DNA of 64,000 nt, taken from the NCBI RefSeq assembly GCF_050270115.1, contig NZ_JBNNJP010000025.1. One strand, 5' to 3'. Shown piece after piece: positions 17,711-25,973 of this stretch (positions within the stretch are counted from its first letter, which is position 1; each line of letters opens with the position of its first letter). The notes under the pieces were generated by a model, which saw only the letters and a program-made list of their open reading frames with translations, was not told the DNA's origin and made no database searches. The DNA comes from Corallococcus interemptor (GTDB taxonomy: Bacteria; Myxococcota; Myxococcia; Myxococcales; Myxococcaceae). Both the position numbers and the translations under genes were made by a program.

Positions 17711-17968
17711 ATGCGCGGGCCCGCGGACATCCCCCTCGGAGGACACATGAAGCCGTCGCGACTGAAGCAGACGATTCCCGGACTCGCGTTGATCATTGGC
17801 ATTGCCGCGGGCTCGGCCCTGGCCATGGTGCCCGGTGCGAAGGCGGAGACGGACGACACCCAGGCGGTCCGGATGATCTGTTCGGCCAGCTGCAAGCCGT
17901 GCACGACCCAGTACGACTGTGGCGACAGGGAAGGCTCCTGCGGGGTCTGGCGCTGCACCAACCCGTAG
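17711..17968 (+). CDS. Small secreted Cys-rich peptide precursor (6 Cys in a 40-aa mature region)
   Basis: Signal peptide (M)KPSRLKQTIPGLALIIGIAAGSALAMVPGAKA followed by ETDDTQAVRMICSASCKPCTTQYDCGDREGSCGVWRCTNP. GGAGGA lies 3 nt before the alternative ATG at 17747. Confidence 0.45.
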   Translation: MRGPADIPLGGHMKPSRLKQTIPGLALIIGIAAGSALAMVPGAKAETDDTQAVRMICSASCKPCTTQYDCGDREGSCGVWRCTNP

Positions 17969-18013
17969 CGCGCATTGAGAGCCTCCGGGTCCCTGGACCC
18001 GAAGGTTTTCTTC

Positions 18014-18943
18014 ATGGCCATGCGTCTTCGGACATGCGGCGCCGCGCTGCTCCTGCTCGTCTTCTCCGCCTGCGCCACGACGGAGCCACGCACCCGAGCA
18101 CCCGCGGCCCACGGAACAAGGATCTCCAACCTCCGGCGAGCGGCGGCGCTTCCCTGGAGGGATGGTGGGCGGTGCGTCGTCCGCGAAGCGTCCCGGCCCT
18201 GGCCCGTGCTGGTGGAGCGGTGCTATCCGGCCCTCGACCATGACCGGGTCGAGTTCCACGACACCACGGGAAGATGCACGGTCGCCTCGGCCGACGCCGC
18301 GACCGTGGGACTCGGTTTCTGCGTGCTGGCGGCCCCTGAAATCGCCCTGGGCGCGGTCATCGTCCTGGGGCTGGTGGTGGTTGGCGCCGCCATCAAGGAG
18401 GAACTGGATGCGTATGAACTCCGGCACCTCTATCCCGAGGAAGCAGGGACCTCACGAGGGACGAAGGTTGCGTCCCGAGATGCGGCAACGGAACGGGAGC
18501 CGAAGCTGGAACCGGAACCAGCGGGCCAGGGCAGGAAGCCGCCGGTGCCACCCGTGCCCCTGGACCGGACGGGCCGCGCCAGCTGCGAGCCGGTCCCGGT
18601 ACCTCACGCGGGCGAGGACCGCTGGCACAACGAGTGCGCGGACAAGTACCCACCCAACCGTTATCCCGGGATGGACGTACTTGTGGGCGGTGTACGCTTC
18701 GATGCGCTTCAGGTTGGCGTGCGCGTGTTGTGGGAAATCAAGACCCACCGGTTTGACACTTATAATCACTTCATCAAGAAGCAGGAGGCCCAGAAAGAAT
18801 TGCCTCAAATATCAAGGGAGCGAAGAGCTGCGGAGGCGTGTGGATTTGGCTTCGTCGTTGGGGTGAGCACCGAGGCGCATAAAGCGGCCCTGCAGGCACT
18901 GGAACCCACGCTTGATGTCGTCGTCACGGGGTGCACGCGATGA
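18014..18943 (+). CDS. Lipoprotein with a C-terminal PD-(D/E)xK-like (restriction-endonuclease-fold) domain; candidate polymorphic toxin
   Basis: Lipoprotein signal MAMRLRTCGAALLLLVFSAC, a central hydrophobic segment (GFCVLAAPEIALGAVIVLGLVVVGAAI), and a C-terminal HNECADK…GMDVLVGGVRFDALQVGVRVLWEIKT (D…ExK spacing typical of the PD-(D/E)xK fold). Confidence 0.55.
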   Translation: MAMRLRTCGAALLLLVFSACATTEPRTRAPAAHGTRISNLRRAAALPWRDGGRCVVREASRPWPVLVERCYPALDHDRVEFHDTTGRCTVASADAATVGLGFCVLAAPEIALGAVIVLGLVVVGAAIKEELDAYELRHLYPEEAGTSRGTKVASRDAATEREPKLEPEPAGQGRKPPVPPVPLDRTGRASCEPVPVPHAGEDRWHNECADKYPPNRYPGMDVLVGGVRFDALQVGVRVLWEIKTHRFDTYNHFIKKQEAQKELPQISRERRAAEACGFGFVVGVSTEAHKAALQALEPTLDVVVTGCTR

Positions 18944-19686
18944 TTCAGCCTGGTCAGCTCACCGTTATCGTTTACGCACCTGCGCTTTCGAAAAGCGATG
19001 GTCGCCCGGTTGATATCGTTCAAGGGATGGAGCAGGCGCTACCCGGCCTGCGCATGGATTGGGAAGTCGGCGAAGGAGGGCGCCTCATCGCCCTGTCGCA
19101 GCGCAACGCGTGGCTCGTGGAAAAGATTGAGGACGGGGGATTCCCCCTTTTGTGCAATGGGGACGAGAGTTATCCCGTGATGGTTTCTGGTAGGGAGCGG
19201 TTTGATGTCTTCAGTCCCGGCGGTCAGCCCCAATTCGAAGTGCACGCAGAACTGCCACTGGACAAGCCTGTAATCGCGGCGGCCTCGGCGCTGCTGGAGG
19301 CCGTGGCGGAAGGGGCGCGTTCGTACTGGGGCCATGCGTCGCCGTATGGTTACGGCACGGAAGTCGCGCAGCAGTTCCGCCGCTCTCCAGACGCCCCCGA
19401 GCTGTCTCCCCGTGGGCTCCCCATGCTCAACATGCCTGAGAAGAGCCCCAGGCCGGAGACGCCGTATTTCTTGGGGTGGCTGAACTACTGGTCCGCCGCC
19501 GCCGCGGAGGTCATCGGGTTCCCGGACCCTGCTCGCGATGCCGAGCTGCTCTCGCGGGCACGTCGAACCCCATCCGGCGGGTGGATCGTGCAGCTCACGG
19601 ACACGCCGCTCGACTACGACAACCCCGCCCACCTGGCCGCGCTCAAGCGGACCTACGAGCGCTTCCCAGCAATCGGCGGGCGCTGA
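18940..19686 (+). CDS. Hypothetical protein translationally coupled (ATGA overlap) to the upstream lipoprotein; candidate immunity protein
   Basis: The ATG at 18940 overlaps the TGA stop at 18941-18943. 248 aa, no signal peptide, no recognised motif. Confidence 0.5.
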   Translation: MIQPGQLTVIVYAPALSKSDGRPVDIVQGMEQALPGLRMDWEVGEGGRLIALSQRNAWLVEKIEDGGFPLLCNGDESYPVMVSGRERFDVFSPGGQPQFEVHAELPLDKPVIAAASALLEAVAEGARSYWGHASPYGYGTEVAQQFRRSPDAPELSPRGLPMLNMPEKSPRPETPYFLGWLNYWSAAAAEVIGFPDPARDAELLSRARRTPSGGWIVQLTDTPLDYDNPAHLAALKRTYERFPAIGGR

Positions 19687-19719
19687 ACCGCTGCCCGGCC
19701 ATGAGCCCGGGCAGCGGTT
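19686..19719. terminator. Perfect 13-bp-stem hairpin (AACCGCTGCCCGG-ccatgagc-CCGGGCAGCGGTT) between convergent genes
   Basis: Lies immediately after the TGA of 18940..19686 and before the stop of 19730..20419 on the other strand, so it could terminate both. Confidence 0.5.
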
Positions 19720-19729
19720 CCATCCCTGC

Positions 19730-20419
19730 TCAACCGCGCGCGGCGCGGGCGTCCTTGCCCCGGGCGCGGGCGGCCTTGGAGAGCACGTCGCTCCCCTTCT
19801 CCTCGCCCTTCATCCACGCCTTCAGCGCGGGCACCACCTGCTTGCTCCAGGCGCGTCCGGCGCGCACGGCCAGGAAGTCCTGCACCAGCGCGTCGATGAT
19901 GGCGGAGAGCTGCTCGGTCAGCTCCAGACGCTCGGAGAGCTGATCATCCTCTTCCTCCGTCAGGAGCGCGGGCAGCTTGGCGGCGCGGATGTCCAGGAAC
20001 TCGGAATCCAGCGTGACCTCGAACTCGCGCTCGCCGTGCGACACGCGCAGCCGCGCCTGGGACACCAGCAGGCCCCGGTCCAGCGAGTGCCGCACGTTCT
20101 CCGAGTACGGCGCCAGCGTGCCCTTGGCGCTCATCTCCGTGACGTCGCCCGCCACGCCGCGCAGCACCACCTTGCCCAGGAAGAGGACGACGACGCCCGC
20201 GCCGTCGTGCTCCACCAGCGGGTCGCCCGACTCCGAGCGCCACAGGAGCCACGTCATGAACTCGCGGCCCAGGTAGGCACGGCCGCGCAAGAGCTGTTCG
20301 CGCGCCTTGCCCTTTTCGACTTCGGCCTCGTCCTTCTCCTCTTCGGTCGCGACGCCATCCACGCCGACATCGCCCCGCGCGAACGCCGCCTCTTCCCTCG
20401 CCTGCTCACGCCTCGCCAT
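19730..20419 (-). CDS. RdgC-like recombination-associated protein, C-terminal portion (second half of a split gene)
   Basis: GKVVLRGVAGDVTEMSAKG matches E. coli RdgC GKVVTKLALDW, and LELTEQLSAIIDALVQDFLA matches [20 protein letters not shown]. It is preceded by an acidic low-complexity insert. The start overlaps the stop of the upstream ORF by 14 nt. Confidence 0.45.
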   Translation of the reverse strand: MARREQAREEAAFARGDVGVDGVATEEEKDEAEVEKGKAREQLLRGRAYLGREFMTWLLWRSESGDPLVEHDGAGVVVLFLGKVVLRGVAGDVTEMSAKGTLAPYSENVRHSLDRGLLVSQARLRVSHGEREFEVTLDSEFLDIRAAKLPALLTEEEDDQLSERLELTEQLSAIIDALVQDFLAVRAGRAWSKQVVPALKAWMKGEEKGSDVLSKAARARGKDARAARG

Positions 20420-21056
20420 GGGCGTCCTCCACCGAAGCCGTCGCCGGCAGGTCCATGCCAATGAGCTCCGCCGTGGGGCCCAGGGCCTTCTCGTCGATGC
20501 CCGCGCGCTGCGCCATGGACGCGGGCGTGATGCCAATCACCTTGACGGCCAGGGCGCCTTCCAGCGCCACGCAGATCTCATCCACCGTCTTGCGCGACGC
20601 GGCCCAGACCTGCACCGTGTGCGTCTTCAGGTTCCACGTCACGTCCAGAACGCTGGTGCGAGGCACGGCACGCTGACGCAACAGCTGCTTGAGCTCCGCG
20701 CGCTGCTTGTTCTTCTCCGCGCGCGCGGGCGGCCGGCCGTTCTCCTTGCCGAAGGCGGCCGCCCACTTGTCCAGCTCCGACTTCATCATCGACGCGGGCA
20801 CTTTGAGCGTGTCGATGCGGAACGCGAACAGGGCGTACTCGCCATAGAACAGGTTGCCGGTGGCGAACTCGGAGGACTCCGGGTTCTCCAACTCGACAAA
20901 GCCCGCGGCGCGCTCTTCTTCAGAGCGGCGGTCGATGGGCTCGAACGCATGGGACTTGAGTCCCTTGGTCATCCAGCGCTTCACGTCGGACGGCGCATCC
21001 TTGGCCGGCTCGGTCCGGAAGCGCGAAAAGGTCACGGCACCACGTAGGACAGGCAT
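20406..21056 (-). CDS. RdgC-like recombination-associated protein, N-terminal about two thirds
   Basis: [55 protein letters not shown] matches RdgC [94 protein letters not shown] matches [41 protein letters not shown]. The start is placed at [10 protein letters not shown]; an alternative Met lies 8 codons upstream. Confidence 0.5.
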   Translation of the reverse strand: [216 protein letters not shown]

Positions 21057-21246
21057 GGGGCGCGGCAGGATGGGGGGCATGTGACGCCGCGTCAAGGCAC
21101 TCGGTGTGGCTGGACGAGAAGCGCCGGGAATAGCCCCTGTCGAAGATCGTTTGCCCGGGCGCCGTCCAACCGTGCACGACTCCGCCCCACCCCGCTGGCG
21201 GGAATCCATGACACTCCCTGGCACGCGACATACGGTGGCCGCCGCC

Positions 21247-22734
21247 ATGCGCCGCGCCCTCCTGCCCGCCAGCGTCGTTGCCCTCTTCCTGTCCGCCTGC
21301 ACCCACACGCCCGCCACGCCGGAGGGCGCCCCGCGCGACACCCTCCGAGGCGTGACGAAGGCCCTCCTGGAGACCCTGGAGGCGGACGGCGCGCTCGCGG
21401 GCGCGTATGTGGTGGACGCGCGCACCGGCGAGCCGCTCCTCACCCACCGCGAGAACGTGCGGCTGTTGCCCGCGTCCACGATGAAGGTGGTGTCCACCTC
21501 CGCCGCGCTGTCCGCGCTGGGGCCGGACTTCCGCTTCACGACGCCGGTGTTCCTGGAGGGCTCGCAGGCGGGAGGCCTGTTCCTGGGCGACGTGGTGGCG
21601 CAGGCGTCCGGGGACCCGTCGCTGGGCTCGTGGCGCTTCCCTGAGACGGCGCTCGCGTGTGACCGCATCGCGGAGGCCTTCCAGGCGCGCGGCATCCACC
21701 AGTGGCGCGGCAACGTGCGCATCTCCGGCACGGACGGCCTGGACGGCGGCATGGGCCCGGGCTGGGCCTGGGACGACGCGGCCTATGCCTACAGCGCGGC
21801 GCCCACGCCCTTCGTCTTCCGCGAGAACGTGGTGGACCTGGCCCTGGCGCGCGCCCCCGGCGCCACCTGCGCGGACGCGCCCTCCCTCCAGTGGACCCCC
21901 ACCTTCGCCACCCTGTCCGCGGTGGTGAACGTGGACGTGAACGCCGAACGCGCGAACCTGGCCTGCGTGCGCGGAGGCGGCGGGGTGCGCTGCACGTGGC
22001 GCTCGCCCACGGGCGGCCCCTGCCCCCAGTCCGCCGCCGTGAAGCTGTCCGTGGACGCGCCGGAAACCCTCTTCGCCGCGTGCGTGGACGACGCGCTGGC
22101 GCGGCACGGCATCACCCGGCTGCCGATGTCGCTGGAGGCCCCCACCCCGCCCCTGCCGCCCATGCCGTCGCCGCTGGTGGAGCTGATCAGCCCGCCGCTG
22201 TCGGAGCTGGTGCGCGTGACGAACAAGGAGAGCCTGAACCTGTACGCGGAGCGGCTGGGCATGCGCTTCGCCCGTGAGCGCACCGGCCAGGAGGGCTACG
22301 CCGCCCTGCGCACGGCCCTGGTCGCGGAATTGTCACGCCGGGGCGTGCCCACCAAGGACCTGCGTCCGGTGGATGGCAGCGGCCTGTCCCGCTACAACCT
22401 GGCCACACCCCGGGGCATGGCGCGCGTGCTGCTCACCAGCCTGCAGGAGCCCTATGGCGCCGCGCTGGTGGACAGCCTGCCGGTGCTGGGCGTGGACGGG
22501 ACGCTGGCGGGCCGCAAGACGAAGCCGTCCACCGCGGGCCGCATCCGCGCGAAGACGGGCACGCTCACGGGCCAGAAGTGCTTCGTGGGCGTGGCGGAGC
22601 GGCCCAACGACATGGAGCACCCGCGCGTCGTCTTCGCGCTGATGCTCGGCAACATGGACGAGGGCACGAAGCCCAACGCCAACGAGACCTTCGACACCTT
22701 CTCCACCGCCCTGGTGGAGCTGCCCCTGCGATGA
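21247..22734 (+). CDS. dacB: D-alanyl-D-alanine carboxypeptidase/endopeptidase (PBP4, peptidase S13) lipoprotein
   Basis: Lipoprotein signal MRRALLPASVVALFLSAC, active-site SxxK (PASTMKVVST), and a PBP4-like C-terminus. Confidence 0.8.
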   Translation: MRRALLPASVVALFLSACTHTPATPEGAPRDTLRGVTKALLETLEADGALAGAYVVDARTGEPLLTHRENVRLLPASTMKVVSTSAALSALGPDFRFTTPVFLEGSQAGGLFLGDVVAQASGDPSLGSWRFPETALACDRIAEAFQARGIHQWRGNVRISGTDGLDGGMGPGWAWDDAAYAYSAAPTPFVFRENVVDLALARAPGATCADAPSLQWTPTFATLSAVVNVDVNAERANLACVRGGGGVRCTWRSPTGGPCPQSAAVKLSVDAPETLFAACVDDALARHGITRLPMSLEAPTPPLPPMPSPLVELISPPLSELVRVTNKESLNLYAERLGMRFARERTGQEGYAALRTALVAELSRRGVPTKDLRPVDGSGLSRYNLATPRGMARVLLTSLQEPYGAALVDSLPVLGVDGTLAGRKTKPSTAGRIRAKTGTLTGQKCFVGVAERPNDMEHPRVVFALMLGNMDEGTKPNANETFDTFSTALVELPLR

Positions 22735-22771
22735 GGGTCCCGCAGGAAACCACCCGCATGCGAGGTGAACC

Positions 22772-24952
22772 ATGAAGTCCAGAATCGCAGTGACGACCGC
22801 GGCGCTGCTATTGCCGCTCGTGTCCACGGCCGCGGGCAAGGCGCCCGCGAAGCCCGCCGCCGCGGAGAAGCAGCCCGTGGAGACGACCTACCACGGCACC
22901 ACCGTGGCGGACCCGTACCAGTGGATGGAGTCCGCGACGGATCCGAAGGTGCAGCAGTGGACCGACTCGCAGAACACCTTCACGCGCGCGTACCTGGACA
23001 AGCTGCCCGGCCGCGAGCCCCTGCGCCAGCGCATCACGGAGATCCTCTCCTGGAAGTCGCCCGGCTACGGCGGCCTGGACGAGCAGGGCGGCACGCTGCT
23101 GGGGCTGAAGTTCCAGCCGCCCAAGCAGCAGCCCACGCTCATCGTCGTAGGCTCGCTGGACGACACGTCGAAGGAGCGCGTGCTGGTGGACCCCACGGTG
23201 GTGGACACCTCCGGCAAGACGACCATCGACTGGTTCCAGCTGTCACATGACGGCAAGAAGGTCGCCGTCTCCATGTCCAAGAGCGGCACGGAGAGCGGTG
23301 ACGTCACGGTCTGGGACGTGGCGTCCGCGAAGGCGATGCCCAACGAGCTCGTGCCCCGCGTCAACAGCGGCACGGCGGGCGGCAGCCTCGCGTGGAACGC
23401 GCAGGGCACGGGCTTCTTCTACACGCGCCATCCGCGTGGCGAGGAGCGCCCGCCCGAGGACCGCAACGTCTACCAGCAGGTGTACTTCCACGCGCTGGGC
23501 ACGCCCACGGAGAAGGACACCTACGCGCTGGGCAAGGACTTCCCGCGCATCGCGATGACGGAGCTGGAGTCCAGCGAGGACGGCCAGTACACGTTCGCGC
23601 GCGTGGCCAACGGCGACGGCGGCGAGTACGACCTGTTCCTGCACGGCCCGAAGGGCAGCTGGACGCAGGTGGCGAAGTACGCGGACAAGGTGGTGGCGGC
23701 GCGCTTCGGCAGCGACGGCGCGGCGTACCTGCTCAGCCGCAAGGACGCGTCGCGCGGCAAGGTGCTGCGCCTGCCGCTGGCCACGCCCACGCTGGACAAG
23801 GCCACCGTCATCATCCCGGAGGGCAAGGCGACGCTGCAGGCCGTGGTGCCGACGAAGAGCCGCCTGTACCTGCTGGAGCAGCTGGGGGGCCCCTCGCAGC
23901 TGCGCATGGTGGACCTGACGGGCAAGGAACTGGGGCTGGTGCCCACGCTGCCGGTGTCGTCGGTGGGCGGCCTGGTGCGCCAGGGCGCGGATGATCTTCT
24001 CATCGTCAACGGCAGCTTCACGCAGCCGGCCGCGTGGTTCCGCTACTCGGCGGCGGACAACAAGCTGGCGAAGACGGCGCTGGCGCGCACGGCGCCGGTC
24101 GACATGAGCGACGTGGAGGTGGTGCGCACGGAGGCCACGTCCAAGGATGGCACCAAGGTACCGCTCACCATCCTGAAGAAGAAGGGCACGAAGCTCAACG
24201 GCAACAACCCCACGCTGCTGACGGGCTACGGCGGCTTCAACGTCTCCATCACCCCGGGCTACAACCCGGTGGCCGGCATGTGGCTGGAGCAGGGCGGCGT
24301 GTACGCGGTGGCGAACCTGCGCGGCGGCTCGGAGTTCGGCGAGGAGTGGCACAAGGGCGGCTCGCTGACGAACAAGCAGAACGTGTTCGATGACTTCTAC
24401 GCGTGCGCGAAGCTGCTGGTGGACCAGAAGTACACGCAGCCGAAGAAGCTGGCCATCCAGGGCGGCAGCAACGGCGGCCTGCTGATGGGCGCGGCCGTGA
24501 CGCAGCACCCGGAGCAGTACGGCGCCGTGGTGGCGCGCGTGGGCATCTACGACATGCTGCGCACGGAGCTGACGCCCAACGGTCAGTTCAACGTGACGGA
24601 GTACGGCTCCGTGAAGGACCCGGCGCAGTTCAAGGCGCTGTATGGCTATTCGCCGGTACACCGCGTGAAGGACGGGACGAAGTACCCGTCCGTGCTCTTC
24701 ACCTCCGGCGCCAATGACCCGCGCGTGGATCCGTACCACTCGCGCAAGATGGTGGCCCGGATGCAGGCCGCGACGGCGTCCCCCAAGCCCATCCTGCTGC
24801 GCGCCAACGCGGAGACGGGCCACGGCATGGGCACGCCGCTGTCCGCGCGCATCGAGGAGGAGGTGGACGTCTACTCCTTCGTCTTCAACGAGCTGGGCAT
24901 GACGTACAAGCCCAACGCGACGAAGAAGGTCGTGGCGCCCGCGCCGCAGTAG
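22772..24952 (+). CDS. Secreted prolyl oligopeptidase (S9A family)
   Basis: Signal peptide; a beta-propeller region followed by the catalytic domain with GGSNGGLLMGAAVTQHP (GGSxGG nucleophile elbow) and a C-terminal His region ANAETGHGMG. Confidence 0.85.
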   Translation: MKSRIAVTTAALLLPLVSTAAGKAPAKPAAAEKQPVETTYHGTTVADPYQWMESATDPKVQQWTDSQNTFTRAYLDKLPGREPLRQRITEILSWKSPGYGGLDEQGGTLLGLKFQPPKQQPTLIVVGSLDDTSKERVLVDPTVVDTSGKTTIDWFQLSHDGKKVAVSMSKSGTESGDVTVWDVASAKAMPNELVPRVNSGTAGGSLAWNAQGTGFFYTRHPRGEERPPEDRNVYQQVYFHALGTPTEKDTYALGKDFPRIAMTELESSEDGQYTFARVANGDGGEYDLFLHGPKGSWTQVAKYADKVVAARFGSDGAAYLLSRKDASRGKVLRLPLATPTLDKATVIIPEGKATLQAVVPTKSRLYLLEQLGGPSQLRMVDLTGKELGLVPTLPVSSVGGLVRQGADDLLIVNGSFTQPAAWFRYSAADNKLAKTALARTAPVDMSDVEVVRTEATSKDGTKVPLTILKKKGTKLNGNNPTLLTGYGGFNVSITPGYNPVAGMWLEQGGVYAVANLRGGSEFGEEWHKGGSLTNKQNVFDDFYACAKLLVDQKYTQPKKLAIQGGSNGGLLMGAAVTQHPEQYGAVVARVGIYDMLRTELTPNGQFNVTEYGSVKDPAQFKALYGYSPVHRVKDGTKYPSVLFTSGANDPRVDPYHSRKMVARMQAATASPKPILLRANAETGHGMGTPLSARIEEEVDVYSFVFNELGMTYKPNATKKVVAPAPQ

Positions 24953-24968
24953 CCTTGCTTCTCCCACG

Positions 24969-25015
24969 CCCGTCTCCGGTGCCCCATGGCCTGGAGACGG
25001 GCGTTTCTTCTTCCG
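24969..25015 (+). terminator. Rho-independent terminator after the prolyl oligopeptidase gene
   Basis: Stem CCCGTCTCC…GGAGACGGG followed by CGTTTCTTCTTCC, 17 nt after the TAG at 24950-24952. Confidence 0.55.
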
Positions 25016-25039
25016 TGTTTCGTGGCAGCCTGCCGGCCC

Positions 25040-25474
25040 ATGAGCCCGCTCATCCCCTACTTCATCCTCTCGCCCATCGTCGCGGGCGGCCTGGCCTGGT
25101 GGACGCTCACCCGCCTGGGAAAGAAGCGAAACGCGCGCGCGAAGGGTTCGCTGGACGCGGTGGTGACGCGGCTGAAGGGGCAGAAGGCCACCGGCACCGT
25201 GGACCTCTTCGTCCAGGACGTGTCCTGGTCCGGGGAGACGGAGCTGTCCCCGCAGAACTGCCGCGTGCGCGTGGTGATGGGGGGCCGGGACGCCGCCGGC
25301 ATCCCGCCGTGCTTCGAGGTGGAGGTCGCCCCGGGAGCCCCCCGCCCGTCCGCGGACGTGCTCGCGGCGCTGCGCGTGCTGGATGAGCAGGCCATGGAGG
25401 CCCTGAAGTCCGGCGGCTGGAGCTGGCAGCGGCCCACGGTTGCGTTCGAGCCGGCGTCCGGCGTCACGCCTTGA
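25040..25474 (+). CDS. Hypothetical membrane protein
   Basis: N-terminal TM helix MSPLIPYFILSPIVAGGLAWWTL. The start is placed downstream of the terminator hairpin. No motif recognised. Confidence 0.4.
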   Translation: MSPLIPYFILSPIVAGGLAWWTLTRLGKKRNARAKGSLDAVVTRLKGQKATGTVDLFVQDVSWSGETELSPQNCRVRVVMGGRDAAGIPPCFEVEVAPGAPRPSADVLAALRVLDEQAMEALKSGGWSWQRPTVAFEPASGVTP

Positions 25475-25939
25475 GCATCTGTTCGCTCAGTGCCCAGAGC
25501 CGCTGCGCGGACTTCGGGTCGATGGCGTGCGAGGCGGTGTCGGACGGGATGCTGTCGGCGGTGAGCGGCCTGCGTTCGGCATCCAGCCGCGAGATGTCAT
25601 TGTCCTTCAGGCGCTGTTGAGCAGCACGTGGAGCGGGCGGCCCGAATCGAGCCACCGCTTCGCGAAGGCCTCGATCGACGCGGGGTCCAGGAGGTCCAGC
25701 TGGCCCACCTCGACGCGCTCGATGCCGGACAGCGCGGCCTTCGCACGCTCCGGGGCGCGCGCGCCCACGGTGACGGAGGCGCCCGCCCGGCTGAGCACCC
25801 GGGTGGCCTCCAGGCCGAGCCCCGCGTGGCCGCCCGTGATGATGACGTTCCTGTCCTTCAGGTCGATGCCCGCGATGACCTCGCCGGCCGTCGATGCGGC
25901 GGTGAAGCCCGTTCCAAGGGGGTGTTGCTGGTGCGTCAT
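25464..25939 (-). pseudogene. SDR-family (retinol-dehydrogenase-like) oxidoreductase remnant with an internal deletion/frameshift
   Basis: The N-terminal Rossmann part is intact (VIITGGHAGLGLEATRVLSRAGASV…HVLLNSA) but stops right after LLNSA, where SDRs continue NNAGI. A second frame carries an SDR-like C-terminus (SHAIDPKSAQRLWALSEQML). The central ~150 aa are missing. Confidence 0.5.
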
Positions 25940-25973
25940 GGCGCTCAGCCTCCGTTTTTCAAGGGAGATTAGG

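Noticed and set aside
17345-18427. Extension of the MVP ORF to 1118 aa
   Set aside because: Residues upstream of MPSAPSTEAIQ are Arg/Pro/Gly-rich with no similarity to MVP. Eukaryotic MVP begins at the equivalent of EAIQRI, so the internal Met at 17344 is taken as the start.
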